Shown here: piece after piece, positions 26,811 through 38,361 of the stretch
Layout: every line of letters begins with the position of its first letter
Position numbering within the stretch: the first letter of the stretch is position 1
DNA from: Octopus vulgaris
Taxonomy: Eukaryota
Direction: 5' to 3'
DNA: 64,000 nt
Assembly: GCA_951406725.2 (NCBI GenBank)
Contig: OX597817.1
Location: forward strand, 72,912,001-72,976,000
Translations under genes and position numbers: made by a program
The notes under the pieces: model-generated
Database searches by the model: none
Seen by the model: the letters and a program-made list of their open reading frames with translations, nothing else
What the model was told of the DNA's origin: nothing

Positions 26811-28253
26811 AATTACTAATAATTAATTCTATTACTAAAAAAAAAAAAGCAGAGTGCAGTTATTTGACTGAAGATAAACTAAAAAAGTTATACTTTACAG
26901 TAAAAAAAAAGAATACATAAGCAATTGTAAAATAATTTACTTATTACAAAATAATCTACTTATTATCCAAATCATATTAAAAACTAATTTACATAAGTTA
27001 ACTGAAGTTATTGATATAAGGTCAGAATCAACTAACTGCATTTTTATGACAAGATAAAAGTTACTTTCCAAGAAGATTTCAAGGAATTTAACTACAAATA
27101 TTAATATTAAGTATTGGAATTTTAAATTTATTTGCATAACATCTTTCACTGGTGATTTGAAATATGAATATGAAAATAACTTTTAAAAATTACCAAACAT
27201 TTTTTTTTTAATTTGGTAATTTAGACATATATCATTTGAGATAAATTTAACGAATCTTATTGAATACAGAAGTTACATTACTAGATTTTATTCGTGTTTG
27301 AGTGGATAGATAATAAATATTTGAAAACATAAAGTGGGAGAATAATAAAAAAAAATGTAAATGAAGTGGATGTAAAATAACACTGCTATTTAAACTTTAA
27401 GTATTTGGAAACCAATACTTAGTTTTCAAAGAATATTATGATTATCCAAACTATTAGATTTCTGTTAGAACATTTTATGAAAACTCTCATCTAAAGTCTT
27501 TAGAAAGTGATATGAACATGAAAAAATGGAAAAAGAAAAACAAACAAAAGCAACATTAATCTGTGTTCTAACTTCCTCCAAAAACATTATTACAACCCCC
27601 CTCCAATCTTTTAAATGTAAATAAATAAATTAAACAAACCAACTCTTAAAAAATGAAATATATGGTAAGAACTGTGTAGAACTTAATGGGAGTGAATGAC
27701 GTTTCCTGGTTGCACTTAATATACTTTCTCTATTGAAATATAGAAAGTATTTGCAATTCTTCTAGAAGTCTCAACCTTTTATACTTTCAAATTGCATTTT
27801 TGTCCCTAAAAGATGTATAAATTGAAAATTTAATTAAATTACTAATTTTGTAATTCATAGGGATTAATAACTCAAACTTATATTTCTAAGAGTAGAAAAC
27901 ATCTGAAGGTATTCTAGAAAAAAAGAAAAAAGTTTCAACAATATTTTTTGTTGTCCATTCTAAACAATAGACTTATAGTCTCAACAATGCATTTGGTTAA
28001 CCAACAATGTAGACTGTGCTGTCACTTGACCTGTTAGAAATAACAGGCAAATCACCTTCAAATCACACTACATAATAATGGAGACCAAGATACATTATAC
28101 CTTAGGAAAATAAAGATAGCCACAACTTGAAAACTATCCAATCAATACAGAATTAAGCTTACATTTACAGCACATTTAATTAGCATTCAATCAAGACTGA
28201 ACTTGGCTTACATTTAGAGCATATTTGATTAACAGTTTTTTTCCTTATGTTAG

Positions 28254-29429
28254 TGTAATAGTTGTATTGGGTTGCTGATTTTAGTATCCTGATATATATA
28301 TATATATATATAGAACTCTCAAGAGAAGTCCTGTGCAACCATGTGGAAATCATGGGATGAGAGATGAACGAGCTGGCAGCCTAAAAGGGGCGATAACACT
28401 ACACACGGGGAGGATGGTGCTAAGAACTGTATAGAGTGGCCCTTGGAAGTGAGGTCTTCACTCATTAAGGTGTGCCCACAGCTTTAGTATTGGACATTGG
28501 GCCTGAATTTGTTGCATCAAAGAATATGTTGTCATCAATGGGTTGCAGAAAAATTGAGACACCTGCTCACAGTCCAGCACCTAACGACACTGTTGAAAGG
28601 GTTGTACAAACTGTGGAAGCTGTACAGAAGCATTTTGATTTGAAGACAAGGAATTTTGGCAACTACTTGAACAAAATTCTGTTCAACTATTGGAGTTCCT
28701 TGGGTAGTTGTAAATTGTTACCAGCTGAAATGTTAATGAAAAGACCACTTAGGGTTGCTGTAAACCCATTCTTTAAAATAGGTGAGGATGTAATACACAA
28801 AACCATATTCGACAAGGTTGCATCCAAAGCAAAAGATGTGATTCATGCCAGAAAGAATACAGCATGTATTAAGAAGGAGGGTCGCCCACTGCAGTTAGAA
28901 GCAGTTGAGCAACTGGCCCCGCTAAGCACATGGAAATCAGAACCAAAATTGAGCACACCATCTGGCACAATGGTTCATGCTGAGTAAGCAAGGATGCCTA
29001 ACAGTGACAGTGCGACCATATCAAGTCCCCAGGCAAGGCATGACATCACCACCAGAGTTATAGAAGTGGAGCAGTTTATTATTAGCAATGCTAGCTGTTG
29101 AAGATTGAACAGGAAAATTTCATCAAGTCCTCAACTGAGATGAAGTGCAAGAATTGCAGCAGGATGTAAAAAGCTAAAATGTTTGAAAAGGAATAATGTG
29201 AGTAGCATTGGGTTGCTGATTTTGATATCCTGATATGTATATATATATATAGAACTCTCAAGGGAAGTCTTGTGCAACCATGTGGAAATCATGTGATGAA
29301 AGATGAACGAGCCGGCAGCCAGAAAAAGGGTGATACTGCTACACATGGGAAGGATGATGCTAGGAAGTGAGCTGTGTAACTTGCGGTTATGAACATTCAA
29401 TATATTTTCTAAATGAGTGAAACACAACA
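28254..29429 (+). mobile_element. Internally deleted Gypsy-type LTR retrotransposon
   Basis: Direct repeats at 28254-~28426 (truncated 5' LTR) and 29197-29429 (3' LTR, TG...CA). A purine-rich tract precedes 29197. Flanks GTTAG/GTTAA form a 5-bp TSD with one mismatch. An integrase fragment lies between the LTRs. Confidence 0.85.
28472..28987 (+). pseudogene. Retrotransposon integrase (rve) core and C-terminal remnant
   Basis: GVPTALVLDIGPEF...GCRKIETPAHSPAPNDTVERVVQTV...PAEMLMKRPLR matches the Ty3/Gypsy integrase pattern G-P-x-x-L-V-S-D-N-G-P-x-F...H-P-x-S-N-G-x-x-E-R...S-P-A-E-L-L. Confidence 0.85.
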
Positions 29430-29489
29430 GTTAATAAGAGGAGAAGGCGTTAAATGAGACTGATATAGTTTATGTCAAAAGAACCAAGC

Positions 29490-29860
29490 AGGTCAGCAGA
29501 ATGAGATGACTGGGCATAGCTGCTTGGATGCTGGCAATTTGGCATGGCTGACTGGACATTGAAACTTTTTTCATAACAGTACTTTTTGGCACTGAAAGCA
29601 AGCAAACACACACACACTTGGAGAAATATAGACGTACAAATAGAGTAAGAGAGAAAGAAAGGTAGAAAGATTACAATTTATTAATTGAACAGGATTGGCA
29701 TAAACAATTTCCCTTTCCTCATACATACACATGAAGAGAAATATGCTCATATATGTAAACAGAAAGAGAGAGATTAAAACATAAGCTGTGAAATGAATCA
29801 ATATTGAATCAGTGATGCTAAATGGATGGAGCCATAACAGTTGTGCTAAAACATCTCATA
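29490..29860 (+). repeat. Unclassified old dispersed repeat, copy 2
   Basis: Similar to 7775-8225. Confidence 0.65.
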
Positions 29861-30734
29861 TTGGTCTGAATTCTTGCAACAGAGTGAACACCACTAAGTT
29901 AAGTTTACCACTAGAAACACTGGGATTACTAAAACACTACAAATTACCACCAAACACAAAAGGAAACAGTACTATGCATTCTTGAAGTGTTCACAATGTC
30001 ATAGAGTTCAAATGATGACAAATGAACAAACCTACTGAAACAGGAATGAAATTGAAAAGAAACATTCCTAAGCAGTCATATTATGTCGATGATGATTAGA
30101 ATAATGAAAGTGATGCAGCTGTATTTCAGGATAGTTCATATTGTGAAGTAGACGGTGGGGGGAGGGATATTATTTCATTTGTTTCCAAAATAATGCGTCT
30201 CATAGACATCAAAACTACAAATCACAATATGACCATCTGCTTCTTGAATTGTGTTATTGAAAAGAAAGAAATATTTTGACAAGAGTGGGATATCAAAATG
30301 TATTATCTAAAGAATTGCTTTGTTTAAGTAGAAGTTTGCATCAAGTCATTAAGTTTATTAAAAAATAGTTCATGTTGAGAAATAAAGAGTTTAAAACAAA
30401 ATAGCTAAATATCTGAGTTGTGCTCATTTGGTAAGTGAACTGAACTGAGATCATGTGTTGGAACTAAAACAATTGCATTGCAATAGTTATTGTAGCTATG
30501 AAAAATAAAGCCAGCCTGAAGTATAAGAAAGCAGAGTTTGGTTATTAATGACCAGAGCAGAGAAGTACAACAAAATTGATAAAATAACTTAGATACTGGT
30601 TCCATTTAATTAGTAGTGCCTTCCTCATAAATTGTGGCCTTTGTAACAATATTGGAAATCCTCTTAAGCTGATTGCAAGTATAACCATTTGGTGAGAAGG
30701 AGAATAAAATAATTTTATGTAAATAATTACCTGT

Positions 30735-30935
30735 GTTGCCTTACTGGCACTTGTGCCGGTGGCATGTGAACAAAACATTCAAGTGAGGCTGTTGCCAGTG
30801 CCGCTGGATTGACTCCTGTGCAAGTGGCATGTAAAAAGCACCATTTGAGTGTGGCCGTTGCCAGTACCGCAAGACTGGCCCTCATGCTGGTGGCACGTAA
30901 AAGCACCCACTACACTCTCGGAGTGGTTGGCGTCA
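30735..30935 (+). mobile_element. Retroposon 3' UTR fragment with three GTGCCGGTGGCACGTAAAAGCACC-type modules
   Basis: Matches 42070-42220. Confidence 0.75.
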
Positions 30936-31469
30936 GCCCATTCTCCTAGACACTCACATACATACGTAGCACATGAGTACAAACATACATACATACCTAC
31001 GTATGGGCATACACACGTACTTACGCACGCACATGTACGCACACACATACATGGGCACATGCATACGTGCACGTATACATACATACGCACATGCGTACGT
31101 ATGTGCATACACACATACATACATACACACATGCATACGTATATATATTTAACCTGAACTAACTAGATGTAGGGGGAAAAAAAAAAACAAGTAATAGTAA
31201 AACAAAAGTTCTGTGATATAGAGATAAATGTCTGATAGTAGGTTTTAGGGTTTTGTTTTGGGGGTGAGGGTCGTAAATCACTTCCTAGTTTCGGCCGGGG
31301 GGGGGGGGGGTTGAAATTTGATATTATTGTGATGAGTGGCCAGTCTACATCTATCCATCACTACAGGTTTATAGCTTTAAGTTTATAGTGTGTATGTGCT
31401 TGCATATACACACACAACATCCAAGATTGTATCCAAAAAAAAAAAAAATCCACCTAACTCACAACTTTA

Positions 31470-31770
31470 ATTTCTGGCCCACAGGCAGAGACTTCTCTTT
31501 CTGCCTTTTCTACTACTACTGCTATAATGGTCTTTGCTCCATGAAGCTGGCCAGGCTCATAACCACCTCCACTCAAGCATTTTTGACCTACTCAACTCTC
31601 CTCTCATTAACCTTGCTGTGTTCAACTTTCAGACCCTACACAAATCTCTATGCCTATGCTCATGCTTCCGTCCCAGAATGTTGGCCCTACAGAATTCCCC
31701 ACTCGCTCATGTCTTAGAGGTCCAAGAGGAACACTAATGACATCAATCTCACTGACCTTGTAGGGCTTCA
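31470..31770 (+). pseudogene. C-terminal remnant of a CR1/L2-like LINE ORF2
   Basis: Translation CLFYYYCYNGLCSMKLARLI...CFRPRMLALQNSP resembles the CR1/L2-group C-terminal pattern LCLFYRYYNGxCSxELxxL...SFFPRTxxLWNxLP. Confidence 0.55.
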
Positions 31771-32086
31771 AAAGGTCATGGGCACTGCTCCTTCCTTCAA
31801 ACCCAGCAAGTAAAAAAAATATCCAAATGTGCTATTTCTTACTGCCGTGACCCAGGAACAACAATTTCTTCTTCCCTTTCCTTCTCTGAATAAGCCATAC
31901 ACAAATAGAAATTATATTCCTTGTCTCTACAAAATAATTACAGAGCCAATTGCTTAGTTCCATCCCATGACTTGTGAAAGATGAAATAGTCTAACACTGA
32001 AAGCACTTAATCCAAAAATATAACATTAATAATAAATTATGAGCATACTTACAATTCTCCAACAAGTCCTAAGACAATTAACATAC

Positions 32087-32244
32087 CAGGAATGGCAGGT
32101 ACGCTCACTCTTTTGTTGTAAGCAAACTCTCCAGGATCTTGGAGGTATTTCTGTTCTTCGTCTGAATCCTCAGATTCAACATCTTGCCCTTCACTATTCT
32201 GATGCACTAGACGGCGTTGGACACTTGTATCCATGGTTTCAGAT
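32087..32244 (-). CDS. Putative coding exon of an unidentified host gene (SETMDTSVQRRLVHQNSEGQDVESEDSDEEQKYLQDPGEFAYNKRVSVPAIP)
   Basis: Acceptor ttaattcctcttgcag|ATCT, donor CCTG|gtatgt. Open frame with protein-like, acidic, non-repeat composition and higher GC than its flanks. The internal ATG has Kozak context ACCATGG. A second donor ATT|gtaagt lies at 32052. Confidence 0.62.
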
Positions 32245-32587
32245 CTGCAAGAGGAATTAAATATTCTTTTAAATGGTTTAATATAGAAAAGACCTAAGCA
32301 TGTAAATGTTATTTTCATAACGTTTGATAAAATTGAAAAACCATAATTTTTTTCTTTTAACATGTTTAAGTGCTAATATTAATTTGATAGGTTTACATGC
32401 ACATGCATATATTAATTGCTGTTGTTGTTGCTAGCATTTCCAAATAGCTCTAAGATTGAGTCAGCTTATTAAACATTTGTGAAAGCAACCAACAGTCTAG
32501 GGTACTTGATATCTCATGCTTGGTTCAGTTGAAAGACCTGACTACAAATTATTGTATGTAATGTTTGGCTGTGTGAGATACAGAACA

Positions 32588-33115
32588 TCGCCATCATCCT
32601 CGTCATTTAATGTTCTCCTTCCATGCTGGCATGGGTTGGACGTTTTGACAGAAGCTGGCAAGTCAGATGCCCTTCCTAAAGCCAACCACTTTACAGAATG
32701 TACTGGGTGCTTTTTATGTGACACCGAGGTCACCAAATAACTTGAGACCAGACTCCTCAACCAAAGTGGGAGTAGTATTGAGGGAGGTGGCTTTATGCCA
32801 GGTGATGAGAAGTTAGAGTATCAACAGAGGGGCAGAAATAGGTGTCTTGCAGTGAAGGAGATACATGGCTACCTCAAAGAGAGAGATAAGATGGTGAAGA
32901 TATGACAGGGCATATACTCAAGTTACAGGGAGGTGTATGTAGTGAAGTAGACCAGGACAGGGCAAGTGGGTGGGTAAGTCTGTGAAATTGCAAAAGGGGA
33001 GTGGGAGATGGAGGGGAGGACGTAGTAAGTGTACACGGGTTGAGGGAAAAGGTGTTTGGAGGATATATTTTGAGGAAAGAGATTCAACAGGGACCTGTGT
33101 GCAGATGAGTTCATA
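32588..33115 (-). mobile_element. Retroposon 3' region with the shared tail, same family as 1-350
   Basis: Reverse-complement tail (CATTTAATGTTCTCCTTCCATGCTGGCATGGGTTGG...GGGTGCTTTTTATGTG) joined to a GC-richer body that differs from the RTE at 41410. Confidence 0.6.
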
Positions 33116-33961
33116 ACAGCTGTTCCATAAACAGAACTATTTACATGTGAAATTTAAGTAAGGGCTTGAGTATTCCACAGATATACGAACTCTTACCATA
33201 ATTCTCAAGTTGAATTAGTGTAACAGTGATGTGACAAGGCTGAAATTTTGAATGACAGGTATAATCCATTAAATGGGCTTCAACACAATCTTTGTTGATC
33301 CAATATCACTCACAATGTCAAGGGTATGGTAAATTTTTTCTCTTTCAGCATTGACAGTAACTCATCTCAAAACTTAGCTTTATAACCATGTTAACATTCT
33401 ATATTGCTAAAACACTACAATATCAGTGGGAAGATTATTACAGCAGTTATGAATACTATATTGGCATATCAAGCAACTACATAAAATTTTCCCTGCTATA
33501 AAGAATTCATTGTCAGTACTATCATAAATAATAAATTTATCTATTGCAAAATCTATTGATGATTATACCAGAGGAGCTGAACAGAAAAAAATATAATATC
33601 CTCATGCAACCATACAAGAATTTCCATAAAAAATATAAATTGGTCTCAAAATAGATGCAGTAAAATATGTTGTTGCTGCTGCTGTTGTTGCTTAGTGCAG
33701 TTCAAGCCTGAGACCTATAATTAACGATATTCTAGCCATGACCATTTTTCTTTATTTATTTAAAAAAAATTTTCAGTGGCTGTTCAGTAAAGAAATTTCC
33801 TTTGTAACAGAATGGTTTTGGGTCCAATCTGTCAACATGGTGCTTTGGGCCTATAGCCTTGGGCTGACAAATGCCTTGTGAGTGAATTTGATAGAATCTC
33901 TGTGAAAGTCTATCGTGTGAGTGTGCTTGTGTGTACACAAGTATGTGAGTGTGTGTGTATG

Positions 33962-34005
<44 letters not shown>

Positions 34006-34149
34006 GACATGTAGGAAGTAAATAGTTATCTTTCATTTTCAAAATTTCTGATCTAAGCGTCTTAATGTTTTCAGTGGTGTAGAATTTACAATGTAATTAT
34101 TATTTTTCATTTCAGGTGCCATTATATTAAACATTTGCATAGAGTAACC

Positions 34150-34732
34150 ATGTCACGCACAAAAAATACAGCAGAACTGTCAGATTTTCAAAGAGGTTGT
34201 ATTGTTGGGCAATATGAGGCTGGTCTTAGCCAGCGAAAAATTGCCGAAAACCTTCAAAAATTCCTCTTGCTACTGTTAATAGAATTATAGTGCAATTCAA
34301 AAGTCAAGGAAAAGAATCAACAGATTTTCATCCCAGCCGACCTGGGCCCTCGGAAAGGAAGCTTCACTGAAGAGAATTGAGGAGAACGAGCCCTGTTTGA
34401 AGGCTTCTGACACTGCAAAACAGCTAGAAGTTAGTCCAAGAACGTGTGTTACATATCTGCATAAGCTTGGGTATTATGGATGAGCAGCTAGAAGAAAACC
34501 TCTCCTTCAACTGATTAATATCATGAAAAGAAAGAAATAGGCTAAGGAGATGTCAGAAAAATCCAGTTCATTTTGGGATAGAGTGATATTTCTCAGATGA
34601 ATCCAGATTTGCATTATTTTCAGACAGTGGACGTGTTTGGGTCTGGAGGCTTTCCAATCAAGAATTTGATTTGAAATGACTCCAACAAACTGTGAAACAT
34701 GGCGTTATCTCTGTAATGGTATCGAGAGCTGT
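34150..34732 (+). pseudogene. Tc1-family transposase, N-terminal half, frameshifted and truncated
   Basis: [46 protein letters not shown] (paired-like HTH), ARRKPLL, FWDRVIFS/DESRFALFSDSGRVWVWR, TVKHGVISVMV. It has stops and frameshifts and is cut off by a SINE. Confidence 0.9.
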
Positions 34733-34741
34733 AACCAGCAA

Positions 34742-34895
34742 TGTTTCAGTTTCCATCTACCAAATCCACTCACAAAGCTTTAGTCAGCCCGAGACTATAG
34801 TAGAAGACACTTGCCCAAGGAGCCACACAGTGGGACTGAACCCGGAACCATGTGGTTGGTAAGCAAGCTGCTTACCACACAGCAACTCCTGCACC
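34742..34895 (-). mobile_element. SINE family A head
   Basis: TTTCAGTTTCCATCTACCAAATCCACTCACAAAGCTT...GGGACTGAACCCGGAACCATGTGGTTGG...CCACACAGC. Confidence 0.85.
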
Positions 34896-34944
34896 TATAT
34901 ATATACATATGTATGATATATACTTATATATACAATATACATAT

Positions 34945-35178
34945 ATCATCATCATCATCGTTTAGCGTCTGCTTTCCATGCTGGCATGGGTTGGACGGTT
35001 CAACTGGGGTCTGGGAAGCCAGAAGGCTGCACCAGGCCCAGTCTGATCTGGCAATGTTTCTACAGCTGGATGCACTTCCTAACACCAACCACTCCATGAG
35101 TGTAGTGGGTGCTTTTTACGTGCCACTGGCACAGGTGCCAGACGAGGCTGGCAAACGGCCACGATCGGATGATGCTTT
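34945..35178 (-). mobile_element. 5'-truncated RTE-type 3' tail
   Basis: Close reverse complement of 42130-42360. Confidence 0.85.
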
Positions 35179-35275
35179 TCCAGGCAGTGACCTGAATAAT
35201 AATAATAATAATAATAATAACAACAACATTGAAAAACACCTTAGGAATGAGAACCCAGGTTCAAAATTTCCCCTA

Positions 35276-35320
35276 GACACCTGATGAAGGCTATGGGTAT
35301 ATCAGCTGAAATGTTATGTC
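35276..35320 (+). ncRNA. Minimal type I hammerhead-ribozyme-like motif (C3-G8 core) in a Penelope-type terminal fragment (about 35225-35368)
   Basis: GACAC-CTGATGA-A-GGCT...AGCT-GAAA-TGTT-ATGTC. Core intact, stem II GGCT/AGCT, stem I GACAC/ATGTC with one mismatch, vestigial stem III. A decayed relative lies at about 2500-2540. Confidence 0.65.
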
Positions 35321-38300
35321 AACAACAAACAAGATGAGGGCAAATATCCATCAAATGTAAATAATGTAGGATAAGTACAGTTGGTCAACACCAACCCTAT
35401 TACTCTTCTGGTAATTATATCAATTTTTCATTGGTTTCTGTAATTAGGCAGTGGTCATACTGGGGCACTGCCACAGAAACGAAAGATGAAGCTGAACTGA
35501 GAGTCTGCCTCAAAGTAGAATGCAACTTGCTAGAAATAACAACCAAATTTCCCTTAAATCACACCCTAGCATCTTAAATAAGAATATGAAATGTTTAGAT
35601 AATGTAGTATGACATGCACACATTTAAAGAAACAGCTAGATTGTCCTTGATCATAGTTTAACTCAATTTAAATTGGGGCTAAACAATAACATAAGGCATA
35701 GTTGAAGCCCAGTATGATTTCAACTTAGAGGGCCGAGGAACAAAACTACATACTTATAGGGAGGGCAGTTTTTCATATTTTATTGCTCCTTTCTAGTATT
35801 AAATATGCAAAAGGATGGATGTCCACAGCTGGGATGTCCCTAGGTAAAAAGGTCTGTTTAATCAGGGTTAACCTGAGACTAAATAGCATATAGTATAAGC
35901 CAATGAAGGAGCTTTTATATGGTAAATCAGCCTGCTAGAAATAGCAACTAATTCTTTCTTAAATCACACCCTACATCTTAAAAAGAAAATAAGAAAAAAA
36001 CCATTCAGATAATAGAATCCCAGATTTACACAAAGACAAGTTCATCATTGTTGGAATGTCTTTAATCACAGGTCTATCTGATCAAGTTTGACTCAGGGGT
36101 TAAACAATATTCTCATCATTACATTATGTCTGTGGTGAAGAGGAATAAGTAGCCATAATAAAACAATGATAAAGTCAAAATATGGCACAAAAGGAAGTGG
36201 AGTACAGGAAAAATGAAAATAGAATTCATATATTACAGATGCAACACCATCCCTTCATCACCACCACCCCACATTGTTTCTCACAGATGCAACTCCACCA
36301 ACCTGTTTTTCTTTTCCCTTAGCGATGAAAAATATACTGAAACTTGTTATATTAACATGGTTGAATCTCAGACATAATCTAGAGAGAGAGAAAACACTTC
36401 AACTGACAACTATTAAGGGCTTGAGTACAATGGGTAGACTTATTTGCATAATTGATGGATTGGCTAGTATAATTACAAAATGATTAGCATGATAATTCTA
36501 CTCTACTGAATATATCTATAGATTTTAGCAAACATTCTATGTAATTGACAGATGTAAACAACTTAACACAGGTGTTAATCTAGTCTTTAAAGCCAGCTGG
36601 TGAAAACAATAGACATATTTCAGGATTTGGAGCACAGATTCAAGGTCTCAAATTTTGGAGAATGGTTTGAATTAATTGATTAAATCAACTCTGATACCTG
36701 ACTGGGACATTATTTTTATGACTCCTACAGAAAAGTGAATGATGAAGATTTTGTCAGAATGTAAAGGGATACAATTAACTACTGTAAAGCATTAAATCTG
36801 ATGCTATTCTGGACTCATTCATTTATTCAATGTCCATTTTCCATACAGGCATGATTTTAGAGGGAGCTCTTCCTGTCACCAACCCTTACCTGGTTTATAT
36901 ATAAAGGATATCTTTATTCTACAAATCTTCTATTATGAAATAATATAAATACAAAGCTGGAGACAAATTCAGACAGTGTAGGTATCCAACTAGCCCTTGG
37001 GTTAACATCATTACATGTATCCTACAATCCTGAAACACAACACTGTTTCCATTCTCTCTAGTAGTCTGTTTAAAGTTGGTTTACTTAAACCTATATCAGT
37101 TTCAAAATTATCAGTGGTTAGGGTATGCTAGTGTTTTACATCTAACTAAAATCCATCTACTTTTCTTTGAACATCAACAACATTAAATTTACTAGTCTCA
37201 GAGTACTCCTCCACTAAATGACCCTTCCCACCAAACATTTTTGTAATTACCCCACCATCTACACATACTCACTCACGCAACAACACCACCACCACATGCA
37301 AAAAGAGAAATTTAAGTATCCAAATAGAACACTTCCATAAGTTCTAGGATAGGAAATTAGAATTTTAAAAAATATTAAAAAAAAAAGACACAAATAAATA
37401 CCCCTAGTACACAATGTATCACATGAAGGAGGTTAAATTAAGACTCTTTATCATTGACTTGGTCTTTCTAAGCTATTTTCATTTTTCTTATAAGACATCT
37501 TAATTTTTCTTATAAAAATATTTTGGTTTTTCTTATAAAACATTTAATCAAAATATTCTGTAGAAATTTTGTATAAATTCATCTTTAGCAATCTCAATTA
37601 AAAGAAATTTGTCATATTAAGATTCACTACTCCACTTCATAAACACAATTACAATTTTGGATTTTTCATTTTCTCTTTTTCTTATTTTTAATATATATAT
37701 GTGTGTGTGAGTGAATGTGAGTAGGTTTGTGTATGTGTATTTCATTGTTTACTTGGTGATAAATCTATTTAAGAATTTAAGCTTTAACTCCTAATTGCAT
37801 TGCATGCAATATTCACTCTTTAACAGAATCTTCATTTTGTATGAAGGCGATTTTAATGCACTTGTAATATAAAGCAATTTGATGGTTGATTTCTGTTCGC
37901 AGGAAACACATTTAATTGAAGAAAAAAAAAACGCACAACAAACTACCAATTAAACAATTGAATAAATGTATACTTTGATTGAAGTTAAAATAAAAAATTG
38001 AAGAAAATTTTAGTTGTTATAAAGACAACTGCAGTGTGTTTGGAAATTAAGTGATGTTTGCCTTGAAGGGAGTACAACATACATTTTTTTTTTATTAGTA
38101 AATATCTCTAGTGATGGCCACTTTATAAAATCATAATTTTTAATACACTACCGTATTTCATTTTACAATAACCAAACAATAACTACTACTTTTTTAATTA
38201 CATTTATGTAGAACCTCTGCTATATATAGCGTAAACACTAGACACACACTACATTCTGTAGTATTCACACACACAACACTACAGAACAGAGAGATCAGTT

Positions 38301-38321
38301 TCGAACACCATTTCTCCAAAG

Positions 38322-38361
38322 ATTTCCTGAAGAAGGGGTCATGACCCTGAAATACTGAAAT
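38322..38361 (+). ncRNA. Minimal type I hammerhead-ribozyme-like motif (CUGAAGA core)
   Basis: ATTTC-CTGAAGA-A-GGGGTCATGACCCT-GAAA-TACT-GAAAT. Stem I is a perfect 5 bp and stem II is palindromic. Position 16.1 is C instead of U. Confidence 0.65.

Noticed and set aside
32087-32244. Assignment to a PKA regulatory subunit or a P4-ATPase
   Set aside because: The resemblance is limited to 4-6 residues (KRVSV; the KDNII match comes from the speculative micro-exon) and no diagnostic downstream exon was found.
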